Below, one piece after another: positions 1 through 12,289 of a DNA stretch of 64,000 nucleotides (position 1 is the stretch's first letter; each line of letters opens with the position of its first letter). Location of the stretch: NCBI GenBank assembly GCA_951406725.2, contig OX597817.1:88722001-88786000 (forward strand). Direction: 5' to 3'. The stretch is from Octopus vulgaris. Lineage: Eukaryota. The notes beneath the pieces were generated by a model. It worked only from the letters and a program-made list of their open reading frames with translations, was not told where the DNA came from and made no database searches. A program made the position numbers and the translations under genes.

Positions 1-360
1 ATCCCACTGCATGCAACACCTAGGGCTAATGCCTTCTGGCATACTTCAACTCAATGAGTACCCTAAAAAGTAACATTTAGTACATAGATATGTGTGTTAG
101 TGTCGGTACATTAGAGAAAGATACATGATGTTAAATAAAATTGTCAATAAATCAGTAGATCAAACAAAAATACTTTGCACTTTTTATTTGCCTGAATTTG
201 ACCAACACTCCCTTGTCACTCTCCACTCTCACCCTCAAAATGCAGTGAAATGTTGATTGTCTCACTGCAAAGCTACAGCCAATGATACTATTATTTACAA
301 AATGTACATTACAGAATTTAAAAATACACAGGAACACACACATACAAACATACATAAAAC

Positions 361-720
361 TGTAGAATTAATGAGAACTGTCCACTAGATGGTAACTTCC
401 TGGCAAAGTCGACAGTAAACAGTGTAAAGGCTGAATCAAACAGCAGTGATCAACCTAAAACATATATTGGGGCAAGGGAGCTCACATTCAAAAACTGTTA
501 TTACAAGCATGTGGTTCTTGCGCAAGACAAGTCCTCATGAATTCAAAATTACCTGGTCTAGTGCGCAACATTGCAGGAATGAGAGCTTCAAATTAAAGAT
601 GCAGCATGACTTTTGTTTAAGCAAAAAACTGAGAATATTGGCTCAAGGCACTAATAGTTTGGACAAAAGAAATGAACTGTTAATGCCATGTACGCATGTG
701 GCTCAAGTATTTTTTAAGCA
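361..720 (+). mobile_element. Penelope-like element GIY-YIG endonuclease relic (frameshifted, Neptune-type)
   Basis: The frame from 361 reads CRINENCPLDGNFLAKSTV...PKTYIGARELTFKNCYYKH. ORF 446-796 continues MWFLRK...FKITWS...DFCLSKKLRIL...LDKRNELLMPCTH. This matches the PLE pattern CxCx..CPLxGxC / YIG..TFK.R..H / IW.LK..IKWS / CxLCLxEK / LNKRSEL..CRH. Confidence 0.75.
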
Positions 721-1074
721 AATAAGATTCCTTGAATTCTGGTTCAGAAAAAAAAAAAAACGTTGGTTTTTGAAATATTTCATTAATGAATTTTAGTGAT
801 ATATGTTTTAATATGTGAGCACATAGGTACATGTCCTCAGATTGACACCCAAACACTCTGAAATGTTTGTATTGGAGCTTCCTGCACAAATGCTAAGCAG
901 TACAGCATGTTGTTTCCAAATTTCTGGCAGAGTGAATTGTGTCATGGTGCTGTTTTTCTCACAGATGATGCTGAACATACCCTACTATATACTGTGTAGT
1001 TGACAAAATCAAAAATAGTGTGCATACGCAAAATTAAAAAATGGCGACAATTTACCCATCGCATCCCGTATATA

Positions 1075-1424
1075 TCTTTACTCTTTTATCTATTTCAGTC
1101 ATTAAACTGTGGCCATGCTGGGGCACTGCCTTGAATTTTTAGTTGAATGAATTGACACCAGTACTTATCCTTTTTTTTCTTTTAAGCTTGATATTTATTC
1201 TATCTGGTCTCTTTTGCCAAAGTCACAGGGATGTAAACACACCAACACCAGTGGAGGATAAATACCAACACACACACGCACACACATATATAACAGGCTT
1301 CTTTCACTTTGTCTACCAAATCCACTCACTATAATAGAAGACACTTGCTCAAGATGCCACACAGTGGGACTGAACTTGGAACCATGTGGGTGGAAGGTAA
1401 ACTTCTATCAATACAGCCACACCT
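1075..1424 (-). mobile_element. tRNA-derived SINE, family A (degraded)
   Basis: Same body as the full copy at 49453-49865 (TTTCAGTCATT..CTGTGGCCATGCTG; AGAAGACACTTG; CAGTGGGACTGAAC). Confidence 0.8.
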
Positions 1425-1442
1425 ATATATATTTGCATTTAA

Positions 1443-2152
1443 CCCTTTCGTTAAAAAACTGCCCAAAGCCACCCGAAAAAATTTTGGTTCATGTGACCAA
1501 GCTGCCCAAAACCACCCGTAATTACCTATTCATATTTAAATGAGAATATCAGAGCAAATCTCGTTAGTACATTCGTGAAAACACGTGATTATACTTCGTA
1601 AACAGTTCATCTACAGTTTTGTATGACAATCGACGTGTAATTTTAATTCTGTGAATTTTGGGAGATTTTTTTCCAAATTTGTTCCTATTGAGTTTTCAAA
1701 ATTTGTAATTCTGACAAAAAATGGATACAAATTTCATTATATCAAGCAGCAAGTCAGAATTCGAAGGATTTTCTACTGAAGACCTTCATAAATCTAACTC
1801 TATGACTGAAAAAAAAAAGCAAGTGGTATTTGATAATGAATCCGAGAGCTCTGACAGCGATAAAGAAAATGAATTGGCACCTGAATGGAGCGAAAATTTA
1901 AAAACTGTTTCTTTCAGTGATTTTTCTGAAGAAACTGGACCAAGCCACAGTCTTTCCCAGGAGAGTAAAGCCTTAGACTATTTCTTTTTACTTTTTCGAA
2001 TGAGCCTATTTGAAATCATTACGGCGGAAATGAACCGTTACGCTAAATGTAAACAAAGCGAAAGAAAGGATAGTTTGTGGTTTCCCACAACCTTAAATGA
2101 AATTAAGCCCTATAAGGGGTGTATTTTGGTCAGAAATATAGTAACGAAAGGG
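1443..2152 (+). mobile_element. Internally deleted piggyBac transposon with N-terminal transposase ORF (1721-2155)
   Basis: TTAA-CCCTTTCGTTA ... TAACGAAAGGG-TGAA gives an 11-bp TIR with a TTAA-type TSD. The ORF has an acidic N-terminus and FSEETGP..LDYFFLLF..FEIITAEMNRYA..WFPTTLNEIK, typical of piggyBac (DDE_Tnp_1_7) N-termini. The catalytic DDD region is absent. Confidence 0.85.
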
Positions 2153-2222
2153 TGAAACATGTACTTATGATAGACAGTTAAGGATTACATGGTCAGACAC
2201 CCTTCCTAACATTGTTCATTAA

Positions 2223-2439
2223 CCTCTTGCAGATGGGAAACAGTACGGACCGCATTGAAACACTGTGTGCGAGAGTAGTGAGATGTCTTGCTCTGTGTGG
2301 TACTGTGTTTTCAAATATAACTCATTGAGAAGAATCTGTAAATACACTAAAATTCCTTGTGGAAAATTATGTACTTACTGAATGACCTTAATATGGGTAG
2401 ACAGCACTGACTGACAGTATTAAATCCGTCTGCAAGGGG
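2223..2439. mobile_element. piggyBac-type MITE
   Basis: TTAA-CCTCTTGCAGATGG ... CCGTCTGCAAGGGG-TCAA; TIR matches at 12/14. Confidence 0.65.
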
Positions 2440-2661
2440 TCAATGAGTGACACCAGATAAATAACTAAGTGCAGTTGACATGTAGCAAGATGGCTTGTAT
2501 AGGTGCACAACCAGTAGGGTAGAAAGTCAATTCAGTTATAAACAATTTTGGTCTGCAGCTGGCAGCTGTAGCTACTACAGCCAGTTCTCATAAATCAACA
2601 CAATTAACAGAACTAATAAATTGTTAACTGTTGTAGTTTAGCCCAATGTTAATCTAAATCA

Positions 2662-2991
2662 GTGAAGGCGCATGGCTCAGTGGTCAGAGCGTCGATCTTG
2701 TAATCGTGAGTTCGAATCCCTGACCAGGCTGCGTGTTATGTTCTTGAGCAAGACACTTTATTTCACGTTGCTCCAGTTCACTCAGCTGTAGAAATGAATT
2801 GCGATGTCACAGGTACCAAGCTGTATCGGCTTTTGCCTTTCCCTTGGATAACAATGGTGGTGTGGAGAGGGGAAGCCGGTATGCATGGGCGACTGCTGGT
2901 TTCCATAAACAACCAGGCCCAGACTTGTGTCTGGGAGGGTAACTTTCTAGGTGCAATCCCATGGTCAGTCATGATCGAAGGGGGTCTCAGC
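2662..2991 (+). mobile_element. tRNA-derived SINE, family B, with 11-bp TSD
   Basis: A box TGGCTCAGTGG and B box GTTCGAATCC. AATCTAAATCA is duplicated at 2651-2661 and 2992-3002. Other copies lie at 24285-24620 and 51603-51905. Confidence 0.9.
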
Positions 2992-3383
2992 AATCTAAAT
3001 CAAGCAGACTCAAAGTCTTTAAACCATAGCTAATCCAGCATTTTTCAAAATTGATTTTAGAAATCATCATCAAAGTTGATTTCAAAAATCAACTCTGATG
3101 ATGTGAAGATATAATAATTACATCAGGCCAGGTTTATGTAATTTGGCCTTACAAATATTCACTGAATCATACGTAAGGATGCTAGAAGAAAATAATTTGA
3201 GAACTCTCCAGTTTTATTTTTTCTAAGTATACTCAGTGATCTTTATGATTAAGGAGACCAGTGGCACAAATTCTCTTCGTCAGAAGAACACAAGGAGTTC
3301 TAGATATTGGTTAATACTAGTTATATTTTATGCACCTTAACTTGTACCATATGAAAACAATACATATATAGATATGACTAAGT

Positions 3384-3610
3384 ACAGGTATGAGAGTGTG
3401 ATTAAAAAGTTAGCTTCCCAACTACGTGGTTTCAGGTTCAGTCCCACTGCATGGAACCTTGGACAACTGTTTTCTACTAGAAACCTGGGCTGACCAAAGC
3501 CTTTTAAGTGGATTTGATAAATGGAAACTTAAAGAAGCCCATCATGTGTGCATGAGTTTATATCTCTGTCTTGATACTGCATGATAATCATAAATGAATG
3601 CCACTGTCAT
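3384..3610 (+). mobile_element. SINE family A, 5' part
   Basis: GGTTCAGTCCCACTGC..CCTTGGACAAC..CTGACCAAAGCC..GTGGATTTG matches the family A head. Confidence 0.65.
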
Positions 3611-5702
3611 GCATTTCCAAAACATAACTGACCACATGGAAATATTAATATGCTTGGAAACAAATAAAAGCTGACGATGGGAAAGTATTAATAACATCAG
3701 CCATAACACTTGTATGAAAATGTGAAAGACTAACCAGTTAATGTGCTGTATAGCAGATTTAATAACTCTGGACATGAAAATAGTGATAATTTGTATACAT
3801 ATATACACACACACACATGTATATATGAAGAAGATTGTTGTAGAATGTTAAATATGTGGAATTTATTTGTAAAAGAATGAGAGAAAGAAAAGAGAACAGT
3901 GGTCAAGTGAATAAGGTATTGAGATGCCTGTTGATTGTAAGTTTAAATCTTTTGCAGGCAATTTGTTCTGTTTCCAAGCAGGGATACTTTACTTTGTTTT
4001 ACCTTAGGTCTCCTTATCAATCAAAGGAAAGAGGTGCTAGATCAATATAATTCAGTCACAAAATAGGCTCAATGCAGGTGTACGTGTGTGTGTGTGCATG
4101 TGAGTGTTTGATACAACCTATTCCTACATATGACATTTCTCATCAAGTGATCATCTTCCTCATCCAATATAAATAAGCTTTTAATATACACAAACACACA
4201 AAAGCATGCATGTCTAGTAAAATCACTGTTTAGTTAGTACAGTGAAAAATCATTCATTTCATTACAACCATCAATACCACCACCACTACACAGTTCATCT
4301 ACTAATATCACTACCTCTTCCTTGTACATAACTTAGCAACTTTATCCTCCCAAGCTCTTGTAAGTTCTTCCACTAACACCATCATCTACACATTGTGTAC
4401 AACCTAACAACTTTCACCAAGTCAACACTCTCTCTTCACAAACACCACTACTTGTTCCTGGTGTGACATTAGCAAGTTTCACTGGTTAGAGATATTCAGA
4501 CTAGACCTCTTCCCACCCATATCTTAAACATCAACATCACTCAGAGAGAAGAGCCTGCAAAGGTCATGGCAGTATTCCACCTCTTCAGATTAACTTATAT
4601 AGAAAATTAAAAACCTACTTAAGTGCTTGCATTAAAATAGCACAATGTAGGATCTCCATTAGTCATATATATGTATGATCTGATGGGATAACCAGGACAT
4701 TGCGGCCTCAAGCCCTGGAAGTCCTAGGGCCAGTTACCTGTGACTCAGATCACAATAATATCCCTGTCTGGGTGCCAACCCATCACAGGGTTACTCATTT
4801 ACAAGTGAGTAGACTGGAGCAAAATGAAGAAGTGCTTTGTTCAAGAACAGAATGCATCATCTGATCTGAGAATTAAAACCATGCTCCGGCCATCTTGACT
4901 GCAACACCTAATCACTAAATGACATACCTTTACATATACACATGCCTGGACATGATTTTCTGAGGAAGACTAGTTGCTCAGTCTTGCAAGTCCTGTCTTT
5001 TGATGCCACTCATATTTATCCAAGAGAAATGGCATTAACTTGGGCCAATAATCTTGGCACCAGTGTCAGGACATAAAGAGCTGGAATGTGTACTGCAAAG
5101 AATCTCACTCGACTCTCTAGGATTTTTACCCTTTCACCACACTGGATCGGTACTTTTGCCTAAAGGATGAAAATCAAAGCTGACCCCAGTGGGGTTTAAA
5201 CTCAGAGTGCAGAGAATTAATAAATACTACAAAGCATTCTATCAATACTGCCATGGCCATACCAGTTCACCACCTTAAAATAACATACACTGATTTACAA
5301 AGTAAATGACTATAGCGATGTTAGTAAATATCATTACTTAAATCTGGTTTCTGTAAATAGCAAAGTGACAAGTACAAGAGATAAAATTATAGCTGGATAT
5401 AACTAAACCAGACTTACCAACCTACACACGCATGCTCAACTGGATCAATAATGGAAAATACCACAGATACTAAGATTCAAGCAAACTCTCACACAACCAT
5501 GAAATATTAGATCTGTTAGGGCAGCAAAGTTCATATTTCGCAAAGAAATTACCAAGAAGTTAGCAGATATGGTTTTAGCTGGTTTGTCAAGTTACTACAA
5601 CGTTGACACATTAACTGCTGTTGTAATTGTTACTGTTATTGTTTAGCCCGAGGTCAGACCCTTTCAGATTTATGATTGAAAACATTCTAGCTAAAACCAT
5701 TC

Positions 5703-6094
5703 TTTTCTCTTTTACTTGTTTCAGTCATTAGACTGGCCATGTTGGGGCACCGCCATGAAGAACTTTTATTAAAAAATGAATTGACCCTACTACTTTTTTT
5801 TTTAAAGCTTGGTACTTATTCTATTGGTTTCTTTTGCCAAACTGCTAAGTTAAGGGGACTTAAACACACCAACACCAGTTGTCAAGTGGTTATTGGGGGG
5901 CAAACACAAACACACATCCACATACATAAAAATATATATATACACATACCTACATACAACAGGTTTCTTCCAGTTTCCGTCTACCAAATTCACTCCCAAA
6001 GCTTTGTTTGGCCCAAGGAAGAAAACACTTGCCACATAGTGGGACTGAGCCTGGAACCATGTCGTTAGGAAACATGCTTCTTACCACACAGCCA
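5703..6094 (-). mobile_element. SINE family A
   Basis: Full-length similarity to 49453-49865, including the internal (CA/TA) tract. Confidence 0.8.
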
Positions 6095-6459
6095 TTCTAT
6101 ATTTTATTCAGGAATAGTATATCTCAGATAACATAATCCAATAAGATGGCAGGGTATGGTATGAGAGAGATCTGGTTGTTATGTGTAGAAGACTGACCAA
6201 CCATGTTTAGACTTCATCAGTGGTGACATATAACTGTTATTTAGATCTAGGTAATCCTTGATTAACTAGACCCATAGTTAAAGACATTCCTTTCGGTTAT
6301 GACCACTCCATATTCTTCCAAGATACAGGTGTACTGAGGATCACATTAACCAATTTAAACTTTTTTGAAAGACAGTACCATATAATCAGATGGCGGTTGG
6401 CTGCTACACGTAGGTGATCAAGCAACCATATAGACGCTTACCCAATCAATTAAATATAA

Positions 6460-6650
6460 TGATTTCAAATTTTGGCACATGACCAACAATTTCGGTAAGT
6501 CAATTGCATCGACTCCAGTACTCAACTGATACTTATTTTATCGATCCTGGAAGGATGAAAGGTAAAGTTGACCTTGGGGGAATTTGGAGAGGGACAAAAT
6601 GCTGCTAAGCATTTTGCCTGGCATGCTCGTGGTTCTGTCAGCTTGCCACC
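6460..6650 (-). mobile_element. SINE family C (Deu/Nin-domain-like)
   Basis: ACTTATTTTATCGATCCTGGAAGGATGAAAGG is the reverse complement of the CCTTTCATCCTT..GGTCGATAAAAT.AGTAC motif I recall for Deu/Nin-domain SINEs. Confidence 0.65.
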
Positions 6651-7708
6651 AATTCAATATAACTGTTTGTTAGATAGGCCATTACATATATGTATAGTGA
6701 CATTATATCTATATTCCCAAATACAGCAGCAGGCAGCTATGTAAAATAAAATAGTCCTAAACATAATCCCAACTTAGTTTACTAACAACTCCAATGTCTG
6801 ACACAGAAACATTAACGTAGGTCAATATTTGCATAGTTACGAAAACATTCTAGCTATGACCATTCCAGCATATTTTTAGGCATTGTATCCTGGACATTAT
6901 CCAAAGTGGCCTTCAATTTTTAAGGTAGGCTGTGACATTAAGGAGATTTGGCTACTGTTTCTAACAGGCTCAGCAGCAATGTAGATTTTCTCACTTGGAA
7001 AGATAGTAGGGTTTAAGGAAATTTCCTTACTATTCCTAGAGTTTGAGTTATCTCATAGAGTTTTCTATGTTGTCTGAATATGATGATAAAGTGTGATATG
7101 AGGGATATTTAATTGCTACTTCTAGCAAGTCAAGTGATCTCATGAACTTAATATATTTAAAAAGTTTAGAGATGGATTAACAGCAAAGTAGAGTAGACAC
7201 AATGCTCTAGGAGCAGAGAAAATAATTTGTATTTTTGCTATCACACTTGAATTCTAACAGAAAGCTGCACTAGTATATCCGAAATGAACAACAATGATAG
7301 AATCACACATTATTGGTAAGGGATGAAGGGTAGAAGAAAGGAGCAATTAAGATTATGTAAGAAAGTTAGTACCTGCATAAATAAGATTATAAAGAGTAGG
7401 AAATAACAATGGTGGGGAGGATCATACTGACATGCTCGACTCGACATTAATAAACAAACAATAAATCATTAATGTTTAGATAACAACTTTAAAGGAGAAA
7501 TTAAGGTGCTGATGTCCTTTGTTCAAAATATACCACAGGATTTTGGGGTAACCTTTCTAATACCAACTTACCTCTGGGTCTGTTTATATAAACCCACCTT
7601 CGTCAAAAAACTTTTATCTTGCAAATACCAGCTTAATATAATAATAAATGACAAAGTTAGTTACTTTACAAAAGACTTCCATCTTTATCACTTAAAACAT
7701 AAATTTAA

Positions 7709-7950
7709 AACTTTCGTTACTGTATTTATTTTGAGATGCTTTGTGTTTCTTTCAATTACTTTGTGAGATGCTTTGTGTTTCTTTTCAATATAACAAAGAA
7801 TTTAGTAAAATAACTTAGTTATCATTCAGCTAGTGTTAAGAACATATATTGTGAATAAGGTTTGGTGGAAGATTTTAATTAAAAATTTATGAAAACAAGA
7901 TATTTGTACTCAGAGCCAGAGCGGTTTCAGCCAGGTTGGTATCAAAAGGG
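7709..7950. mobile_element. piggyBac-type MITE
   Basis: TTAA-aaCTTTCGTTAC ... GTATCAAAAGGG-TTAA; termini related to the 1443-2152 element. Contains a short internal tandem duplication (TGAGATGCTTTGTGTTTCTTT). Confidence 0.7.
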
Positions 7951-7959
7951 TTAAACGAG

Positions 7960-9150
7960 TCAAAGGCATGAGGTGTCATGAATTGCAAAGAATGCATTTG
8001 ACAGATTTGAGACATTGTTGGAGAAAAGTGTAAATGGAATGACAATGGCATAATTACCAAAAAGAAAAAGGCATGGGAGTGTTATTATGAGTCTGTTGAG
8101 CATGTGGGAAAGAGCAGAACTACCCCAAGTAAAACCAACAGGGGAATTATTCATTAAAGCTAACAGCAGTATGGTAACAAACACATTTAAAGATCTGAAG
8201 GCAAAAAAGACATCTGCTCTATCAAGGATAGCATTGAAATGCTAAAGATATCAAGTAAGTAAATCATATATTGGTCACTCACATAGTCAATCAGGCTCCA
8301 ATGACTGACATAGCAGCATCCCTGTCAACTACTACAAGGGAAAAGGAGAGACACACGAGAAAGGTAACTTCAGAAGCATCAAATTGTCGGACCTGGTTAT
8401 GAAAGTTACAGAAAGAATACCTGCACAATTTATAAGAAACAAGAGTGGATCAAATGAGATACAACTTGGCTTTGTAACAGGAAGAGGGTCAACTGATGCC
8501 AAGAACTTTGTGAAACTCTCGTAGGAGACGTACTTAGGACTCAGCTCTTATTTTTATAATTTATTGGTGGTTCGTAAGGAAATTAGGCTAGATGATTGAA
8601 TGGCTTATGAGGTCTGTACAAACCAGGTACCAAGGTATGGTCAGCAATGAGTCCAGCAACAAAATTTAGCTGTTCATGAAGGCACAGTTCTCAGTTGTCA
8701 TTATCCTTATTACAACATTCTTGAATATAAAAGGAAAGCTTAAGATAGGCTGTCTTTTGAGCTCTTGTATACTGCTGACCTTCTTCTTACATTTGAAGCA
8801 GTAACAGATTTATAGAAAAAAATTCCAGACACAGAAGGAAAAACTACCATCTAGAAGTTCCAAATTAAACATAGCAAAGAATATAGGACTCTGTTCTAAC
8901 AAGAAGATGGCTATTCTAAATAGAGTACCTAAAGATACAAACACAGGCAGACAGAGAATTAGACTGTATATGGTATATATTAGATAAAAATACACACAAA
9001 ATAATTTCCTTCAAATATTCTGGAGGTTCACTAATAACTTTAATTACATAGATGATTTAATCAGTAGTGCAGGTAGATACTTCTAAAGTATAGTAACCTG
9101 TGCACAAAAGTTCAGTGAGATATTACCTCTGCTGTTGACAAAATGTTTCT
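7960..9150 (+). mobile_element. Degraded RTE-clade LINE reverse transcriptase fragment
   Basis: 8330-8440 reads YYKGKGETHEKGNFRSIKLSDLVMKVTERIPAQFIRN; GFVTGRGSTDA follows at about 8468; ELLYTADLLL (ELLYADDL-like) at about 8760. Many stops and frameshifts. Confidence 0.75.
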
Positions 9151-11249
9151 CACTCAGAGTAAACAGCATACAGTATGATGTTAGTGGATGAGTTGCAATG
9201 CTACATTGTAGTGAGACATCTACCACTTTCACTCACTATTGCTTATCCATCACTTTCATTCTGTTCTTATAGTCAATACTCTTACCATCAGCCAACATAA
9301 AGCTATTTTTGGTTGTTCTGTCACCTTGCGTTTGTGGTGTTTTTTTTAAATATTTTAGGACCATATAGCTATCAATGCTTACTTCACATTACTCTCTCAC
9401 ACCTATCAGTTTCACATTCATATTCTCTCACTCTCTTCTCTAGTCACCATCTCAGTCACGTCTTTAGAGAATGGAAGCAATATAAATTCAAGAACTTTAG
9501 TCTTACAGGAGACAAGGCAATTGCTCTAGGTTTGGTGCTATGATAAAATGCACCCAGTATACTTTGTGAAGTAGTTGACAAATGAACAAAGACAATGTAG
9601 GGTGTAGAGAACATGACAACCTCAATAGTACTGGTGCCACAATAAAAGGACACTGTAAGAAAAAAAACTTGGTGTTAGGAAGGGAGTCCAATCACAATCA
9701 TCATGCTAAACTGAAAGCAAGATGTGCTATGATCTGTTCAGAAGGTCAGTAGCTTCAAATAAGAACTAATCTGGTTGGTATGGAAAGATGTAAAATTATG
9801 GTATTGCATTTCACCAGAAATGCTAAGTGTGTTTGTTTTCAAGGTATTTAGCAAGAAAATGTTACTAAGAACAACTTTTTTATTTTGACTTTTGCTTAAA
9901 TTTTTGTCAAAAGGGTTACTTTTCCTTTTTTAAAAAATCAAATTTAAACTTTTGAATACAATTGGAACAACTTTAGACTTATAAATACTACCTCAGTTTT
10001 TCATTGTATATAATATATTTCAAAATAATTATCGGTTCTCTTTGAGTACATAAAAGACAAATTTTTCTGGAGCAAAATGAGTAAGACAAGATAAGGTAAA
10101 TTTGCTGCTTCAATTCTCCAGAAAACAGACTCATATACATCAATATCCATCCCTAGACATCAGAAAGATAAGAAATGCAAAAAAAAATTTAATATCTAGG
10201 TCAAGTGAAAGAGGATCAGAGAAAAATGGCACATGATATAAAATTAATGAAACTCGACTAAATAGATAATAAAAAACAAACACAAAATATTCTCTATAGC
10301 TTCTTCATGATCTGCTGGAATGTCCTCTTCATGATATATTTACATGCCATGTAGTTGAAGAGAAGAAATTATTGAAATTTGTCATTACTCATTTTACCAC
10401 AACAGACTTTTTTTGAAACTTGAAAGTTATCAAATTAGATATAAGTAAGGGAAAAAATTGACTTGGAATCCAGATAAAAGAATATTGATTGTTAACATGA
10501 AAAATTATCCAGATATTTTATTAGCAACCTCAATTATGATCAGGTTAAAGTTGAGGAAAAATTTCTTGAAAAAAGAGGACTGGCCACCTGACCGTTTTGG
10601 ACTCCCTCAGCTTCAATAACAGGTATGCTGACCAAGTTTTATTCCCAAATGTAATGTACCAGTACAAAACTATGATGCAATACTTGCAATGTAGTGATTT
10701 AAAACAAATAGGATGGAAATAAAAAATCACAAGTTACTCATTTTGCCCCACCCCCAATCTACAATATATATGTGTGAATATATATACACGATAATGATGA
10801 TGATATATATATATATCACAACACTTCTCTTCCTCACATCTCCTTCATGCACTATGCTTATTTCTCACTCCCCAATCCTGTCCTCACAGCCCTGTTAAAT
10901 GTATTATTGCTATCTGGTAGCTCCTCCCTCTCACATACCCAGGTTTTCACCACACACTACATTCCCCTCCCCTACTCTCTACTCACACTTTGGCAATGAC
11001 CTGCCACTTATATTATGATTTCTGTACTTCAAGGATATGCCCTGGCACTTGCCAATATCTATCTCTCCCTTCTTTTACTCGACTATCCCATTTATTTTCT
11101 GATCCCCATTCCTTGTGAGTATGCACAGCATTTTGCCATCATCTCTCTTCTGCTTTCTCTTGCACTCCTGTCGCCCACTCTCTCTCCTTCTGCTCTTCCC
11201 GCAGATTGGGTAACCATGTATCTCCTTTACAGCAATGAATCTGGGAGCG

Positions 11250-11405
11250 TAGTGGATTCTTTTTGCATGCCACTGGCATGAGGGCCAGTCAGGCGGTACT
11301 GACATTGACCACGCTTGGATGGTGCTTTTTACATGCCATCAGCACAGGAGTCAGTCAAGTGGCACTGGCAATGATCATGCACAAGTGGTGCTTTCTATGT
11401 GCCTA
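11250..11405. repeat. Degenerate tandem of about 63-bp units (GGTGCTTTTTACATGCCA...CCAGTCAGGCGG..CTGGCA), interspersed-repeat derived
   Basis: Three successive TTTT-ATGCC/GTGCC units are visible. Confidence 0.5.
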
Positions 11406-12062
11406 ATTCAATATGGCCTGTTTGGTGTACAGTAGCAAATGTAACCATAGACAGTGACTGAGAAATACAAGGTGTAAGCTGAGATGGCTATTAGGTTTGT
11501 ATAAATATGAGCCAGATGAAAACAGTACTACACCACGTGTCAACAGTAGAAGGTGACCATGACAGGAGAACAAGGAAGATAAAAATGTTGAGGTTGCTAG
11601 ACCTTATAGATGAGATATAACACACGATAACAAATGATGATATGCTGTACAGTGGCCCAATTCTTAACCTATACCAGCACAAATGTGACAGAAGTGAACA
11701 CTACTTAAGGAATATCTGTGTTCCCTTAATCTGTTAGAATTGTCAGCCAAATCTCCCTAAGATCACCCTTTCCCAAAACGTTTAAAAGAAGGAAAGAAAT
11801 AATTGGATCATGTACTCCTAAATACAATGTTTTGGGATGGTCAACAGGTGGTCACAGCTGGAATGGGATTCATAAAAGTCCTGCTGGAATAGAGCTGACC
11901 TAGTCTAAACAGACATCAAAGCAGGAGTGAAAATGACCGAAATACCTAGAACAAGAAATCAGGCAAATGCCAAAACTTATAAATACTGTGAAATACATGG
12001 AAAAGAAAACAAAAAAAAAAGGGGGGGGAGAGATTTGATGATAATAAAGAATTACAGCATAC

Positions 12063-12289
12063 TTTTAATTTAGTTTCATCGGGGCCTTTTGCAGCAGAGT
12101 TGGGCATTCCTTGTATTTTTGTTCTCTGTCGAAACATTTTCATCTGTCCACATAAAAATGCACTTTTGTTAGCAACATGTTCCAAACTGCTATCACAAAA
12201 CTGTTTCAACACAGATACAGCGTCTTCAGCAGGAAATTCTTTAAGAGCGTCCATTGCTCTGTCATCTAAATCAGACTGGGAAAGTTTCC
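12063..12289 (-). CDS. SYNCRIP: hnRNP Q/R (SYNCRIP-like) second coding exon, N-terminal acidic/NURR domain
   Basis: Acceptor ttttattttag|GG (phase 1, joins the Gly codon of the previous exon). Translates (G)KLSQSDLDDRAMDALKEFPAEDAVSVLKQFCDSSLEHVANKSAFLCGQMKMFRQRTKIQGMPNSAAKGPDETKLK, closely matching human SDLDERAIEALKEF..NKSAFLCGVMKTYRQR..KGPDEAKIK. Donor AAA|GTATGC (phase 0). Probably the co-ortholog of SYNCRIP and HNRNPR. Confidence 0.95.

Noticed and set aside
1-82. Minus-strand acceptor-like ttttag|GGTACTCATTGA, reading GYSL like the next SYNCRIP exon or a poison exon
   Set aside because: The GYSL frame is in the wrong phase and stops immediately. The plus strand resembles a degraded SINE head.
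241-269. 10-bp hairpin TGCAGTGAAA/TCTCACTGCA
   Set aside because: Too short, with no snoRNA boxes or miRNA-length stem.
100-12000. Search for the next SYNCRIP exon (xLERTGYxLDVTTGQRKYGGPP)
   Set aside because: Not found by eye or in the ORF track; presumably left of the window.
11946-12062. ORF tail VCCNSLL... (and likewise 25303-25424)
   Set aside because: Read-through past GT donors into introns; homology ends at the donors.
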